Positions 28,411-39,490 of a DNA stretch of 64,000 nucleotides are shown here, in pieces. The notes beneath the pieces are model-generated. The model worked only from the letters and a program-made list of their open reading frames with translations, did no database searches and was not told the DNA's origin. The DNA lies in contig CAVWFS010000009.1 in NCBI GenBank assembly GCA_963754315.1, forward strand, positions 64,001 through 128,000, written 5' to 3'. Each line of letters opens with the position of its first letter. The first letter of the stretch is position 1. The DNA is from an uncultured Candidatus Rokubacteria bacterium (lineage in GTDB: Bacteria; Methylomirabilota; Methylomirabilia; Rokubacteriales; CSP1-6). A program made the translations under genes and the position numbers.

Positions 28411-29168
28411 ATGCACAAACATTTCAAATCCTTATTGTTTCGTGCCGTCCCGGTCGTAGCGGCGGCCCTTGCCGCAATGCTGATGCTCGTGCTGGCTTCG
28501 GCTGCTCTGGCGGAGCGCCCTGCCCACTCGCGCATCTACCCGAAGGGTGCCCACCCGTTCGGGAAGAGCTACCCCGCTTGGACTGCAGCGTGGTGGCAGT
28601 GGGGACTCGCTCTGCCAGTCGAGGGCCATCCGTTCCTCAACGACGGCTTCTTCGATTGCAACAGCGCGAACAACGGCCAATCCGGCCGCGTGTGGTTCCT
28701 GGCGTTGTCGCCTTCGGAGGTGCCCCTGGTCGAGCGTAGCTGCACCATTCCGGCCCACACGGCTCTGCTTCTCGCGCTGACCGTCGCGGAGTGCTCCGAC
28801 CTCGAAGGTTCCCCGACGGCGCAAAGGGGACCAGCGCGCTTGCGCGAATTTCTTCGCCGACCACGTCGTTGAGAGTTCCCTCTTCTGCACGATCGACGGC
28901 GAGGAGGTCAAAAACGAACACCTCATCTCCTTCAGATTTGAATCCCGGCAGTTCGCGTTCACCGCGCCTGAGCCGTGGATCTTTAGCCCAAGCGCCGGGA
29001 GGGAGTGGCACGGCTGTCAGCGACGGGTACTTCCTGATGATCAAGCCGCTGTCCCGTGGAGCGCACACGCTGCGCTGCGGCGGGGCGTTCCACTTCTCCG
29101 TCGCGGAGGGCGATCCGTTCGACCTCGACATAGCGTTTGGTAACACCTATCACCTGACTGTGCAGTGA
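28411..29168 (+). CDS. Conserved secreted hypothetical protein, frameshifted around 28820-28990
   Basis: RBS GGAGG and signal peptide; GKSYPAWTAAWWQW, GRVWFLA, RSCTIP and SDGYFLMIKPLSRGAHTL split over frames. Confidence 0.7.
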
Positions 29169-29407
29169 CACGCCCTGGCGCAGGACCGTCGATGATAGTG
29201 GGCCGACCATTCCAGCCTCGGTGCTTTATGGCCGAGCCACAGGAGGTCCGAGCGCGACCACGACCAGGGGGCGTGGTCTTGCCTGGGACCAAACACTGAG
29301 CTTCGAATCTGTCTAGACAAGAAGGGTCGGCAGCGGGCCGATACCGATCACGATTTCACATCGCGCAAATGACCCCGCAAGGCCGCCCAATCGGCTAGAG
29401 TGCCTTC

Positions 29408-29848
29408 GTGCAAGGTAGAAGCTTGGTGCAGACAGCCGGGGCGACCCTCATCGCTGCGGTCGTGTTAGTCAGCAGCGGGTGCACGCGTCCCGACTGGATC
29501 GAGGCAACGCTGGTGACCGTCGATGTCACGGGCGTCTGGCAGGGAACGGTCCAAGGAGGGACTGGGCCAGGGGTTGCCATTCGGGATGTCACTCTGAATC
29601 TTCGTCAAGAGGGCCCAAAGGTCAAGGGAACGATGGTTTGGACGCGAGGCTCTGGGCCGCTTACGGGTAGTGTCGGTGGCGACGTTTTCCATTTCACCGT
29701 CGTGAGTGGTGGTGAAAGTTCGGGAGGCGAGTTGATAGTCAGCGGAGATGAGATGGTGGGCGATGTGACCTTTCGGGCATTCGAGGGCTCGCGGACGACG
29801 AGAGTCTTTCTGCGCCGAGCCGATGCGCCTGCGAGCCCACGGCGCTAG
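29408..29848 (+). CDS. Putative lipoprotein
   Basis: Hydrophobic leader ending SSG-C; DVTGVWQG and LNLRQEGPKVKG beta-strand pattern. Confidence 0.7.
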   Translation: MQGRSLVQTAGATLIAAVVLVSSGCTRPDWIEATLVTVDVTGVWQGTVQGGTGPGVAIRDVTLNLRQEGPKVKGTMVWTRGSGPLTGSVGGDVFHFTVVSGGESSGGELIVSGDEMVGDVTFRAFEGSRTTRVFLRRADAPASPRR

Positions 29849-29906
29849 AGCCCGTGACTTCGACCTGACCCACTACCCGAATTCACCCCTCACGCCCACC
29901 GACCCG

Positions 29907-31229
29907 CTAGTCGCCGAATAGCCAGCGCGGAAACCAGAGCGCGATCTCGGGAAAGACCATCAGCAGTGCGAGGGCCACCAGCTGCAGGACCATGAAGTCC
30001 GCCATGCCCCGATAGATCGTGCCCAGGCTCCACTGCGGCGCGACCTGCTTGAGATAGTAGGCGGACATGGCCACGGGCGGCGAGAGGTAGGCCGTCTGGA
30101 GGTTCACCGCCACCAGCGCGCCGAACCAGACCATGTCGTACTTCATCGCCGCGATCACCGGATAGAAGATCGGGATGAACACGAAGATGATGGCCGGCCA
30201 CTCGAACGGCCACCCGAGCAGGAAGAGCAGCGCCATCACGATCAGCAGGGTGACGAAGGGCGGAACCGGCAGTCCTGTCAGCGCGTTCGTGATGACGGTC
30301 GCGCTGCCGAGCCGGGCGAAGATCGCGCCGAAGATGTTGGAGGCCACGGCGAGGAACAGCACCATGCTGGTGGTGGTCATCGTCGCGATCACGGCGGCCT
30401 TGACGCCCGCCAGCGTGAGTCGACCATAGGCGAGCGACAGCACGAGCGCGCCCGAGGCGCCCATGGCGGCCGCCTCGGTGGGCGTCACGACGCCAGCCAA
30501 GATGGTCCCGAGTGTCGCCATGATGAGCAGCGCCAGCGGCACCATCCCGACGATGACCTCCCGGAGGACCGCGACAAACGAGGCCGCCCGCTCGTCCTTG
30601 GGGACCGGCGGCCCCAGCGCCGGGTTCCAGAAGCTGCGCCCAAGCGTGTAAACGATGTAGAGGCTGGCCAGCAAGAAGCCGGGCCCGAAGGCCGCGGCAT
30701 AGAGCTTGGCCACCGACACGTTGATCACGGGGCCCATGACGATGAGCATCACGCTCGGCGGGATGAGGATGCCGAGGGTGCCACCAGCCGCGATCGCCCC
30801 CGCGGAGAGACGGGCACTGTAGCCACTGCGGATCATGATCGGCGCCGCCATGATGCCGAGCACCGTCACCGCGGCGCCCACGATGCCGGTGGCCATCGCG
30901 AAGACCGTGGCCGTCAGGATCACGCCAAGGTACAGCGAGCCGCGCACCGGCCCCAGCATCACCTGGAAGGCCCGGAACAGACGTTCCATGAGCCCGGCCT
31001 GCTCGACCACGTACCCCATGAAGATGAAGAGCGGCACCGCGGCCAGCGTCTGCTCCTTCATGAGGCCGATGGTCTGAAAGAACGCGAGATCAAAGACGAT
31101 GGTGCCGAGGCCGAGCCAGCCACAGACGAGGGCGAGGAAGAGGAGCGTGAAGCTGATCGGGAACCCGACGAAGATCACCCCGACCATGAGCAGCAGCATC
31201 GCCATGCCGAGGATCTCGGTGCCGCTCAT
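29907..31229 (-). CDS. dctM: TRAP transporter large permease
   Basis: LAAVPLFIFMG, GGTLGILIPPS, TPTEAAAMGA and QTAYLSPP motifs. Confidence 0.93.
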   Translation of the reverse strand: MSGTEILGMAMLLLMVGVIFVGFPISFTLLFLALVCGWLGLGTIVFDLAFFQTIGLMKEQTLAAVPLFIFMGYVVEQAGLMERLFRAFQVMLGPVRGSLYLGVILTATVFAMATGIVGAAVTVLGIMAAPIMIRSGYSARLSAGAIAAGGTLGILIPPSVMLIVMGPVINVSVAKLYAAAFGPGFLLASLYIVYTLGRSFWNPALGPPVPKDERAASFVAVLREVIVGMVPLALLIMATLGTILAGVVTPTEAAAMGASGALVLSLAYGRLTLAGVKAAVIATMTTTSMVLFLAVASNIFGAIFARLGSATVITNALTGLPVPPFVTLLIVMALLFLLGWPFEWPAIIFVFIPIFYPVIAAMKYDMVWFGALVAVNLQTAYLSPPVAMSAYYLKQVAPQWSLGTIYRGMADFMVLQLVALALLMVFPEIALWFPRWLFGD

Positions 31230-31778
31230 ACCTGGATCGTCTCGGCCCGGGTGAGAGCCTCGCCCGTTCGCGCCGCGTAGAGTGACTTCAGCAGCTCCGA
31301 TACGCCCTGGATCAGCAGAAGCAACGCGGTGATCGGCACCACCGCCTTGAAGGGCCAGAGCACCGGTCGCCAGGCGGTCTGCTCCGAGAGCTCGTTCATC
31401 TGCCAGGAGTGCCAGGCTTCGTCCACGCTCGCGTAGAACAGGAGGATCATCGCCGGAAAGAAGAAGAAGATGTACGCGATGGCGTCGATGCGCCCCTTGG
31501 TGCGCGTCGAGAACTTCTCCCACAGCATGTCGGTCCGGATGTGGGCGCCCTTGAGCAGCGTGTAGTGGGCGCCGAGCATGAACAGCGCGCCGTACATCAT
31601 GTAGGAGAGGTCATAGGCCCACAGCGTGGGCGCGTTGAACAGATAGCGCGCGAACCCCTCGTAGGTCAGGGCGAAAACGAGGGGCAGGATCATCCACGCG
31701 ACGATCTGGCCCGTCCACTCGCTGAAGGTGTCGATGGTGCGGATCGTCGCTGATCAGCCTCGGAGCAGGCTTGGCCAT
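31226..31778 (-). CDS. dctQ: TRAP transporter small permease; one extra base near 31750
   Basis: TIDTFSEWTGQIVAW, ARYLFNAPTLWA and HIRTD motifs. Confidence 0.88.
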
Positions 31779-31872
31779 CGGTCGCAAGTCCTCCTCGCCG
31801 CGGGCGACGGGTGGTCATGGATGGGTCCGGCCGGGGGGCGCCGTCCCGGCCGGACCCGTTCGAACCGGGTCG

Positions 31873-33039
31873 TTACTTCTTGGCGGGCGCGGCCGGCTTG
31901 TCGGCGGGGGCGGCCGCGGCTGCTTTCTTCTCGGGCCAGTAGTGGTTCGCCGCGAACTCGTAGGGCGGGAACATGAACCGCTTGGCGGGGACGACCACCG
32001 CCGCGTAGGCGCGCTGCGAGTCGAGTACCTTCTTGAAGAAGGGGTCCTTCTCGGCCTCGCGCGCCGCGATCTTGTCCCAGGTCTTCAGGAACTCGAGGTT
32101 GACGTCGGGCGGCGTCTTCAGGACGTTGACCTTGTACTTCTCGATGAAGTCCTTCAGCGCGTCGGCGTTCTGACGCTGCCACTTCGCGTACCAGCGAATC
32201 ATGGCCTCCGTCGTTGCCGACTTGATGATCTCCTTGTGCAGCGGCGACAGCTTCTCCCACACCTCACTGTTGATGAGCAGCTCGCCCATCGTCACCGGCT
32301 CGTGCATGCCGGGCGTGTAGTGGTACTTCCACACGTTGTGGAACCCGAGCTTGAGGTCCTCGATGCCGCCGACCCACTCGGCGCAGTCGATGACGCCACG
32401 CTCGGCGGCGGGCAGGATCTCGCCGCCGGGAAGGTTCACTGTCCGCATGCCCATCTCGGTGTAGACCTCGGCGTTGATGCCCGTCTGGCGGCACTTCATC
32501 CCCTTGAAGTCGGCGAGATCCTTGATGGGTCGCTTGAACCAGCCGAGGGCCTGGGGGCCGCTCGGGAACGCCGGGAACGGAACGACGTTCAGCTTCAGCA
32601 CGTCCTTGTAGAACTGCTGATAGAGCTCAAGCCCGCCGCCCTCGTACATCCAGCCGAGGACGTCGACGAAATCCATGCCGAAGTTGCCGCCGGGGCCTCC
32701 CGTGAAGAGCACGGCGGTCTTGTTCTTGCCCACCCAGTAGTAGGCCACGGTGTGGGCGCCGTCGATCACCTTCTTGCTCGTCGCGTCGAGCACCTCAAAG
32801 GCCGGGACGATCGTGCCCGCCGGCAGCGGCTCGATCTTCAGGGTTCCGCCGGAGAGCTTGTCGACGCGTTCGGCGACGAACTTCAGATGATCGAAGATCG
32901 TCAGCGAGGCGGGCCAGCTCGCCTGGACCTTCAGGACTACTGGGGCCTGGGCGCTCGCGCGAGGAAGGGCCTGGCTACCGGCCAGCAGCCCGGCCATGGC
33001 CACGATCGGCAGCAGGCGCGTGAAGAGCCGCATGGTCAT
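31873..33039 (-). CDS. dctP: TRAP transporter substrate-binding protein (TakP-like)
   Basis: LSGGTLKIE..AGTIVPAFEVLDA, GWFKRPI and LPGGEILPAAERGVID motifs. Confidence 0.93.
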   Translation of the reverse strand: MTMRLFTRLLPIVAMAGLLAGSQALPRASAQAPVVLKVQASWPASLTIFDHLKFVAERVDKLSGGTLKIEPLPAGTIVPAFEVLDATSKKVIDGAHTVAYYWVGKNKTAVLFTGGPGGNFGMDFVDVLGWMYEGGGLELYQQFYKDVLKLNVVPFPAFPSGPQALGWFKRPIKDLADFKGMKCRQTGINAEVYTEMGMRTVNLPGGEILPAAERGVIDCAEWVGGIEDLKLGFHNVWKYHYTPGMHEPVTMGELLINSEVWEKLSPLHKEIIKSATTEAMIRWYAKWQRQNADALKDFIEKYKVNVLKTPPDVNLEFLKTWDKIAAREAEKDPFFKKVLDSQRAYAAVVVPAKRFMFPPYEFAANHYWPEKKAAAAAPADKPAAPAKK

Positions 33040-33590
33040 CTGGGCACCTCCAAGAGGGTAGGTCGTGAGGAACGTGGCGGGGAGTCTAGGAGCGGACCTA
33101 AGCGAAGTCAAGCCGAGTCGCGGCGGCTTTCGACTGTCTCTGCAGCGGCGGATTTAAGGTCGCTCACGAGGGGCCTGTTTGATAGCGCAGCGCGAGATCA
33201 GCTACGCCGCCGCCGTGAAGCGGGCTATGGCGCCTGGTAGCGGAGCAGCAGCTCCATGTTGTGCGCCGCCGCGTCCGCTCCGCCCACCCGCTGCCGGTCA
33301 TGTGGCCAGTGAGGTCGTTCACGAGCTGGAGGACGAGGGCGACCGAGATATGGCTCCAGAATATGGCCGCTCTGCCTGAAACGAGACCGGACCGGCCCTG
33401 GAACGCGACCAACTCGAACCTGACAGGGCGCGACAGAGCGGACAAAAGCACGGAACCGCGGGGGTCTGACGACTGGCACGGGCATTGCCGGACTTTCTGG
33501 TGGTGGCTAGCCCCCGAGACGACGCGGCTTGGGAGCGGGTTGGTCGGAGGTACTGGCGGCTATCGTAGTGGACAGCGGAGGAGGATGAAC

Positions 33591-33797
33591 GTGGCCAAGA
33601 GAGATCAGAAGCGATCGAAGCAGAGTAAGCCGAAGAAGGTGAGTGACCTGCCAGCGGGGCCCGAGGCCAAGAACGTCAAAGGGGGCTCGCTGAACCTTGT
33701 GAGGACTGCTGGCGCGCCTGAGCACGGCGGCGGCTCGACGGCGTTCCCGACGGAGACCATAAAGATGACCTACGACTCGATCGAGTGGACGAACTAG
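33591..33797 (+). CDS. Small peptide with double-glycine-type leader
   Basis: RBS GGAGGAGG 6 nt before GTG; basic leader KKVSDLP...KNVKGG followed by 36 aa. Confidence 0.65.
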   Translation: MAKRDQKRSKQSKPKKVSDLPAGPEAKNVKGGSLNLVRTAGAPEHGGGSTAFPTETIKMTYDSIEWTN

Positions 33798-34105
33798 AGC
33801 GAGGTAGCGTCGCTCGGAACGGAAGGACGGCGTGGCCACGAAGACATCGGATTGACGTCCCGAGACGGACAGCTCGGTGACCTGGGGGCCAGCTGCCGCG
33901 CGCGGTCTGGAGAGCGGCGAAGGACCGGGTGGGGCAGGCGCGTGGTCAGCTCATCGTGGAGACTAACCGACGAACTCCAACGAGAAGATGGCCGACGCGA
34001 TTCGTGGGTTGGCCCGTGAGAGGCACGCCATGGGATTGGAGATGCCGCCGCAGAGGAAGGGGAAGAGACGAAGCACGCTCCCTTACTCCCCTCTTTCAGC
34101 GGTTC

Positions 34106-34611
34106 TTATCGTGCTTTTCGGGCCCTGTCGGCAAGATAGGCGACGCAATTCATCAGGAACCGCAGGTTGTCGGGAACTTCGATCTGGCCGGCCGATGGCC
34201 AGTCGGCGCCCAGCATTTCCAGTGATGCCGAATGGCCGATGAGGATGACGTTCCCTTTGCCAACCGTGTACAGTACGGCAAAGGCGAGATCGGCGTTGTG
34301 ATACTTCAGCGGACTGGAGTCCTTCCAACCCGCGGGAAGTGGAACGAGCACGGTGCTGGTCGTAATGTTCGGGCCACCGTCGATAACGAGCAGGACGGAA
34401 TCCAGAGCCTGGACCAACCTGACATGATCGATGATCTGCCTGGGAGCCTTCCGACTTGGTCTCATCGTAAAGCCGCCGAGCGGGAGTGGCAGCGAAGACG
34501 TTGGTGAAGCCTAGCGCCGCTGCCAGTTGGATGTCGTTGATTGGCGAATACGGACCGGGTCCCTGGTCTGTAAAGTCGCTGTGATTGACGAACAGCAGGA
34601 GGCCCACCATA
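34106..34611 (-). pseudogene. Frameshifted C-terminal fragment of a class-I GATase-like/DUF4350-like protein
   Basis: GLLLFVNH...; GKGNVILIGHS..DNLRFLMNCVAYL in another frame. Confidence 0.4.
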
Positions 34612-34837
34612 TGGGCGAGTGGAGGGGCGCGGCCGGCAGCTGGGGTCCTGGAGGCCGTGTGGCCGGGAACGATGCGCGACGCCTTGACGCTGCCTTCGCG
34701 GATCGGACGCGGCGTCGGGGGGAAAAGGGGCCTGCGGCTGCTCACACTCCGGTCATTGATGGTCGTATCGTGGGGGTAAGGTGGAGTCAAATGTTATTCG
34801 ATCACTGGCGGGACATCTTCAGAGCGGAGGAATAACC

Positions 34838-35357
34838 ATGACGTACTTCTTCTTTGGCGCTGCACTCGCGATATTAGCATAGCCTCTCCGCTACCAGCGT
34901 CGCGGCTCAAGGCGCCGACGTGCAACGTGAGGGAGGCCGAAAGCTTGAGGTCGCCCAGAGGGGCCAAATCAACGACGGTCCACTGGCGGGGTATAGCTTT
35001 TCGGGAACGTGTGCGTATACCGCCGAAGGTGGCGCGCTGGAAGTCGATGCCAAGTGCCAGCTCAGCGTAGCTGGACCCACTGGGCAGGTGTTGCGGTTCA
35101 GTGACACCGAGGCGCGCATCGTTGTCGTCGGGGGCGGCCAGATCGTGCAGCTGAGCTTGGGACCGAGGTTGCCTGCCAAGAAGGAAGCGCGCGTCCAGAC
35201 CCTCTCCGCATTCACAGCGGTGATCATCTTCGAGGAATCGGTAAGGCTTGATCGGCAGTTCCCGGCACTTCTAGCTGCCTCGATCAACGTCCTGGGGATT
35301 CCGGTCTCGACGAGCTCCCAGGATTGCTTGATTTACGACTTCGTTGGGCCGAATTAG
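34838..35357 (+). CDS. Hypothetical secreted protein, 5' end disrupted
   Basis: RBS GGAGGA followed by ATG and a hydrophobic leader that is broken by a stop/frameshift before the 145-aa ORF. Confidence 0.4.
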
Positions 35358-35482
35358 AGGTTAGAAGAGAGCTAAGTAGCCGCCGGCCGCTGAGCGGAGA
35401 CGAGCTTGCCCACCCCGGGCCAGGCGGCATAGGGTAGGCGGAGCTTCGGCCGGCCGCGGCCTGAGGTGACGGGGGCTCCCGG

Positions 35483-35859
35483 ATGCAGTGTCCCAGGTGC
35501 CAGCACGAGAACCGCGAGGGCCGCCGCTTCTGCGCGAAGTGCGGAGCCGTGCTGGCGGCTGCCTGCTCATCATGCGGCTTCACCAACGAGCCAGGGCGAC
35601 GAGTTTTGTGGAGGATGTGGCCGACGGCACGAATGACGCGGAGGGCTACTATCGCGAGGGCCTGGCCCTCGCCGGCGAGCTCGGCATGCGCCCCCTCGTT
35701 GCCCACTGCCATCTCGGCCTCGGCAAACTCTACTGGAGCATGGCAAGCGGCAGGAGGCACACGAGCACCTCACCACCGCAACCACGATGTACCGCGAGCG
35801 GGACATGGGGTTCTATCTGGAGCAGGCGGAGACGGAGATGGCTTCATACAGGCCGATAG
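35483..35859 (+). pseudogene. Internally deleted double-zinc-ribbon adenylate cyclase/AAA/TPR gene
   Basis: N-terminal MQCPRCQHEN..FCAKCG..CSSCG joined directly to C-terminal LALAGELGMRPLVAHCHLGLGKLY..HLTTATTMYR. Confidence 0.8.
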
Positions 35860-35871
35860 TAGGTCAGACGG

Positions 35872-36072
35872 ATGGCCCGTGAACGGTCGCACGGCGAGGA
35901 TCGACCGGAGAAAGCTACCTACAGGCCGGGAGACTATGGCCGAATGATTCGGTCAGACGGCACCGAGCAGTGGTGGGTGAGATCGCCGCAAGGAACATGG
36001 GTCGCTCTCCGGCATCAGCGGGTCATGCCGAACGATGACGGCAGCATCACGCTGCTGCTATTGGAGCGGTGA
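35872..36072 (+). CDS. Small hypothetical protein
   Basis: 66-aa ORF with a beta-rich pattern (EQWWVRSPQGTW, NDDGSITL). Confidence 0.45.
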   Translation: MARERSHGEDRPEKATYRPGDYGRMIRSDGTEQWWVRSPQGTWVALRHQRVMPNDDGSITLLLLER

Positions 36073-36082
36073 ACTGGCTTAC

Positions 36083-36150
36083 ACTGCTAAGGCCCTCGGG
36101 CTGACCATCCCGTGCTCAGGGATCATTCAGTGATGAATCGCCGAACCTTC
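36083..36150 (+). pseudogene. Relic junction of two tandem ABC_sub_bind genes
   Basis: TAKALGLTIP...IIQ* overlapping (TGATG) with MNRRTF; matches the C-terminus of the intact gene at 39421. Confidence 0.7.
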
Positions 36151-36312
36151 ACCTTGTCAGGTGCGAAGACGCGTCAGGGGCCCTTGAAACCCTTTTGGAA
36201 CGCCTATCCGCTCATCGGCCTGGCGATCCGCTTCCGACAGTGAGCGAGCGGGGCACCGCGGGACCGTGATGCGTGGCGCCCAGGGGCCCGCTGGGCGCCG
36301 CGCGATCGACGG

Positions 36313-36696
36313 CTACTTCGCGTACTCGAACTTCGGCGCCCCCTTCAGCGCTTCCTTCGTCGCTCCACGCAGGACGATCTTGCCCTTCTCCAGCTTGAAC
36401 TTGCCCACCGGCACCGCGATCTCATGCTCTCCGATACCGAGGAATCCGCCGACGCCGACGATCGCGTACGACAGAGCCTTGTCCGGCGTCACGATCAGAT
36501 CGTTGATTTCGCCGACCTTGTCGCCGGCGTCGTTGTAGACGTCCTTCCCGAGGATCTGCTTCTTCGCACTCCACCCCGTTGCGACCTTTCGCAGCTCAAC
36601 CGTCGAGACGCTAACCCCGGCCGTCTGCGCGACCGAATCGGCCGCACCGGCGGCGATGACGAGACTCGCGAACACTCCCAGGACGATCTTTCTCAT
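36313..36696 (-). CDS. Secreted PRC-barrel domain protein
   Basis: ILGKDVYNDAGDKVGEINDLIV..AIVGVGGFLGIGE; RBS GGAGGAG. Confidence 0.9.
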   Translation of the reverse strand: MRKIVLGVFASLVIAAGAADSVAQTAGVSVSTVELRKVATGWSAKKQILGKDVYNDAGDKVGEINDLIVTPDKALSYAIVGVGGFLGIGEHEIAVPVGKFKLEKGKIVLRGATKEALKGAPKFEYAK

Positions 36697-37261
36697 GGTT
36701 CTCCTCCCCGTTTTGTCGATTCGAAGAATTGCTGCGCGGGCCCTCGAACGAAACACTACTCTCGTCGTCCGAGGCTGGGAAGTGGACCTTGGTCCAACCG
36801 CCTGAATCGGCATCACCGCTACCTCCGCCAGACCGCGTCGGCCCCAGCCGGTCCGCAAGGGATCACAACCACGAACGCTCTCATGCCGGCGATGTCTCCC
36901 TCAGCAACCCGCACCCGGATGGAGCCCGCAAGGCGATCCGAAGGTCCGCCAAACGAGTCGGACGAGATTATGGCGAAGGACACTGGCTGCGTGGCCTCTT
37001 GGGCCGCGAGCAAGCCGTCCTCCGGCAGCTGGTAAAGACTCTTTCCGCCCGCTAAGTCACCGAATTTCCTAGGCGGCGTCATCACGCCACGATCTGCGCG
37101 CAGCAAGGACAGATGGTTCAGCCCCAACCTCCACTGTTCTCGAATCCGAACACGATCGGTCATCGCGTGGCGCTAGCGTGCACGGCGTGAGCCGACGACT
37201 GACCCGGTACGACCATGGCGTCGAGGCCGGGCGGGCGGGTGTGGCGGTCGCGTTCCTTCAC

Positions 37262-37490
37262 ATCCAGCAACTGGCCGGGGCCGCTTTCCTCGTCCAACTC
37301 GCCCTCGGGGCGGTCTACGCGTGGAGTGTTTTCGTCACGCCGCTCCGAGACCAGATGGGCTGGTCGAGGACCGAGGCAACCCTGCCGTTCATCGTGACCA
37401 TCGGGGTGTTGTGCCTCGGTACCTTTGTGGGCGGGCGCCTCCAGGACCGCGTTGGCCCGAGACCTGTCGCTCTGGCCGGCGGGACCATGA
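37262..37490 (+). pseudogene. N-terminal fragment of an OFA-family MFS transporter
   Basis: QLALGAVYAWSVF..GGRLQDRVGPR, then loss of homology. Confidence 0.75.
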
Positions 37491-38100
37491 AACAGGCCTC
37501 AGAAGTGAGCGCGGGCAGGAGCGTGGCGATGGACCACATCGGCGTTGGGGTCCTCGGAGCCTCGTCATCGATCGCATCCGGGCCGATCAGGAGCGCACGA
37601 AGGTGGTGGCTCGGTACGAGGAGCCGGTCTGGCAGGCATCCGGGAGGGAGATCGGATGCAGCTGCAGGAGCCGACCCGCTCGGAGCCTGGTTGACGGCTG
37701 AATGCGGCTTCGACGCTGCTCGACGGCTCGTTGGAGTGATCGAGGCCCAGGCCTCGGTGGCCGGCCGCGATCGATGACCGCAGGCTCCTGGTGAGGCGAC
37801 CCTGAAGGTGGCCCTGTTCGAACTGGGGGTCCCGTGCGGAGTGAAGATGGTTGCCTGGCCGCAGCGGTTCGACTACGAGGGGCTCGTGGCCAAGGACGAG
37901 GGCAGCCTGCCAATCGACAACCGCTTGGCGATTAACCGCCCAGCCTCGCAGCACCGGCGACTCGTAGGGAAACGCGCTGGCAGAGACCGTGATCGGGCTG
38001 TTCAAGACCGAGGAGATCTATCGTGTTACGTGCGGAGCCCTGGGCCCTCAGCTACTATCGCTGGGAGCTCGATGTCATTCTCGGCGGGTAGGAGGCCCGG

Positions 38101-38427
38101 ATGAGGTGTCCCCGGTGCCAGCGCGAGGACGCCGCTGACGCCGCCTTCTGTGACGAATGTGGCGCCCGCCTCGAAGCTGTGTGTTCGGGGTGTCGGGAAT
38201 CAAATCGTTCAGGCGCCCAAATTCTGCCGGAAGTGCGGCCACGGACTCTCGGCTGTCGTCCCAAGCACTCCCTCGCGGTTCGGCACCCCGCAGGCGTACA
38301 CCCCCAAACACTTGCCGAGAAGATCCTCACCTCCAAGGCCGCCCTGGAGGGCGAGCGCAAGCAGGTCACGGTCCTCTTTGCCGATTTGAAGGGCTCGATG
38401 GAGCTGCTCGCCGACCGCGATCCATGA
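38101..38427 (+). pseudogene. Truncated double-zinc-ribbon adenylate/guanylate cyclase
   Basis: CPRC..FCDECG, YTPKHLAEKILTSKAALEGERKQVTVLFADLKGSMELLADRDP, then stop. Confidence 0.85.
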
Positions 38428-38506
38428 GAACGGCTTTCGGTTGTCAAACGTCCGGCGTTGTGATGCTCGGGTCGGCCGAGCCTATCAGCAACGCTGGGCC
38501 GTTCTG

Positions 38507-39490
38507 ATGACATCAGTGAAGAGGCGGGCGTTCGTTGTCGTCGCTCTTGTCCTCGCCCTCGTGCCGCGCGCGGCTGAGGCGCAGCACGCGGGGAAGGTCT
38601 GGCGGATTGGACTTCTGGTCCCCGGCGTGCCGCCCGGCTGCGGCAGCGATTCCCGTCCTGCCGTGCTGCTCGCGTTGCAGAACGGGCTTCGGGAGCTTGG
38701 GTACGTCGAGATGCGAAACTACGTCCTTGTCCCGCGCTGCGCCGTGCGCGAGGGCGACGAGATGGTGAATGCCGCGAGGGACCTGATCGGGCAGGGTGTC
38801 GATGTTGTCATGGTCGGCTCCAACGAGCTCGCCGAAGCCCTCAAGAAGGTGACCGCGACAGTCCCGGTCGTGTTCGTCGCGGTCGCCGATCCTGAAGAGG
38901 GCGGCCTGGTGGCGAGCCTGGCCCGGCCTGGCGGAAACATGACCGGCTTCAGCCACCTGACCGGCGAGCTGACGGGCAAGCGACTTCAGCTCCTCAAGGA
39001 CGCCCTGCCCAGGCTCAGGAGAGTCGCCGCCCTCGTCACCGAGAAGCACCGCGCGATCGAGCGCGAAGGCGCTCGCCTGAGTCTGCAGATGCAGTTCTTC
39101 ATCGCTCGGCGGCCGGATGAGATCGGCGCCGCCTTCGCGGCAGCACGTACCGCACGGCTGGAGGCAGTGCTCGTCCATCCGCATCCGATGTTCTGGCTGG
39201 AGCGCCGGCGTATCGCGCAGTTCGCATCGGAGTTCGGCCTGCCCGCGATTTACGAGAACGCGGACTTCGTGGAAGCGGGTGGCCTCATGGCGTACGGCGC
39301 GAGTCTTGCCGACATGTCGCGTCGTGCTGCGGGGTACATTGACCGGATCCTCAGGGGCGTCAAGCCGGCCGACCTCCCCGTCGAGCAGCCGACCAAGTTC
39401 GAGCTGGTGATCAATCTCAAGACCGCGAAGGCGCTTGGCCTCACGATCCCGTCGTCGCTCCTCCTACGAGCGGATCAGGTGATCGACTGA
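38507..39490 (+). CDS. ABC transporter substrate-binding protein (ABC_sub_bind family)
   Basis: GLVASLARPGGNMTG, GGLMAYG and KPADLPVEQPTKFELVINLKTAKALGLTIP motifs. Confidence 0.93.
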   Translation: MTSVKRRAFVVVALVLALVPRAAEAQHAGKVWRIGLLVPGVPPGCGSDSRPAVLLALQNGLRELGYVEMRNYVLVPRCAVREGDEMVNAARDLIGQGVDVVMVGSNELAEALKKVTATVPVVFVAVADPEEGGLVASLARPGGNMTGFSHLTGELTGKRLQLLKDALPRLRRVAALVTEKHRAIEREGARLSLQMQFFIARRPDEIGAAFAAARTARLEAVLVHPHPMFWLERRRIAQFASEFGLPAIYENADFVEAGGLMAYGASLADMSRRAAGYIDRILRGVKPADLPVEQPTKFELVINLKTAKALGLTIPSSLLLRADQVID

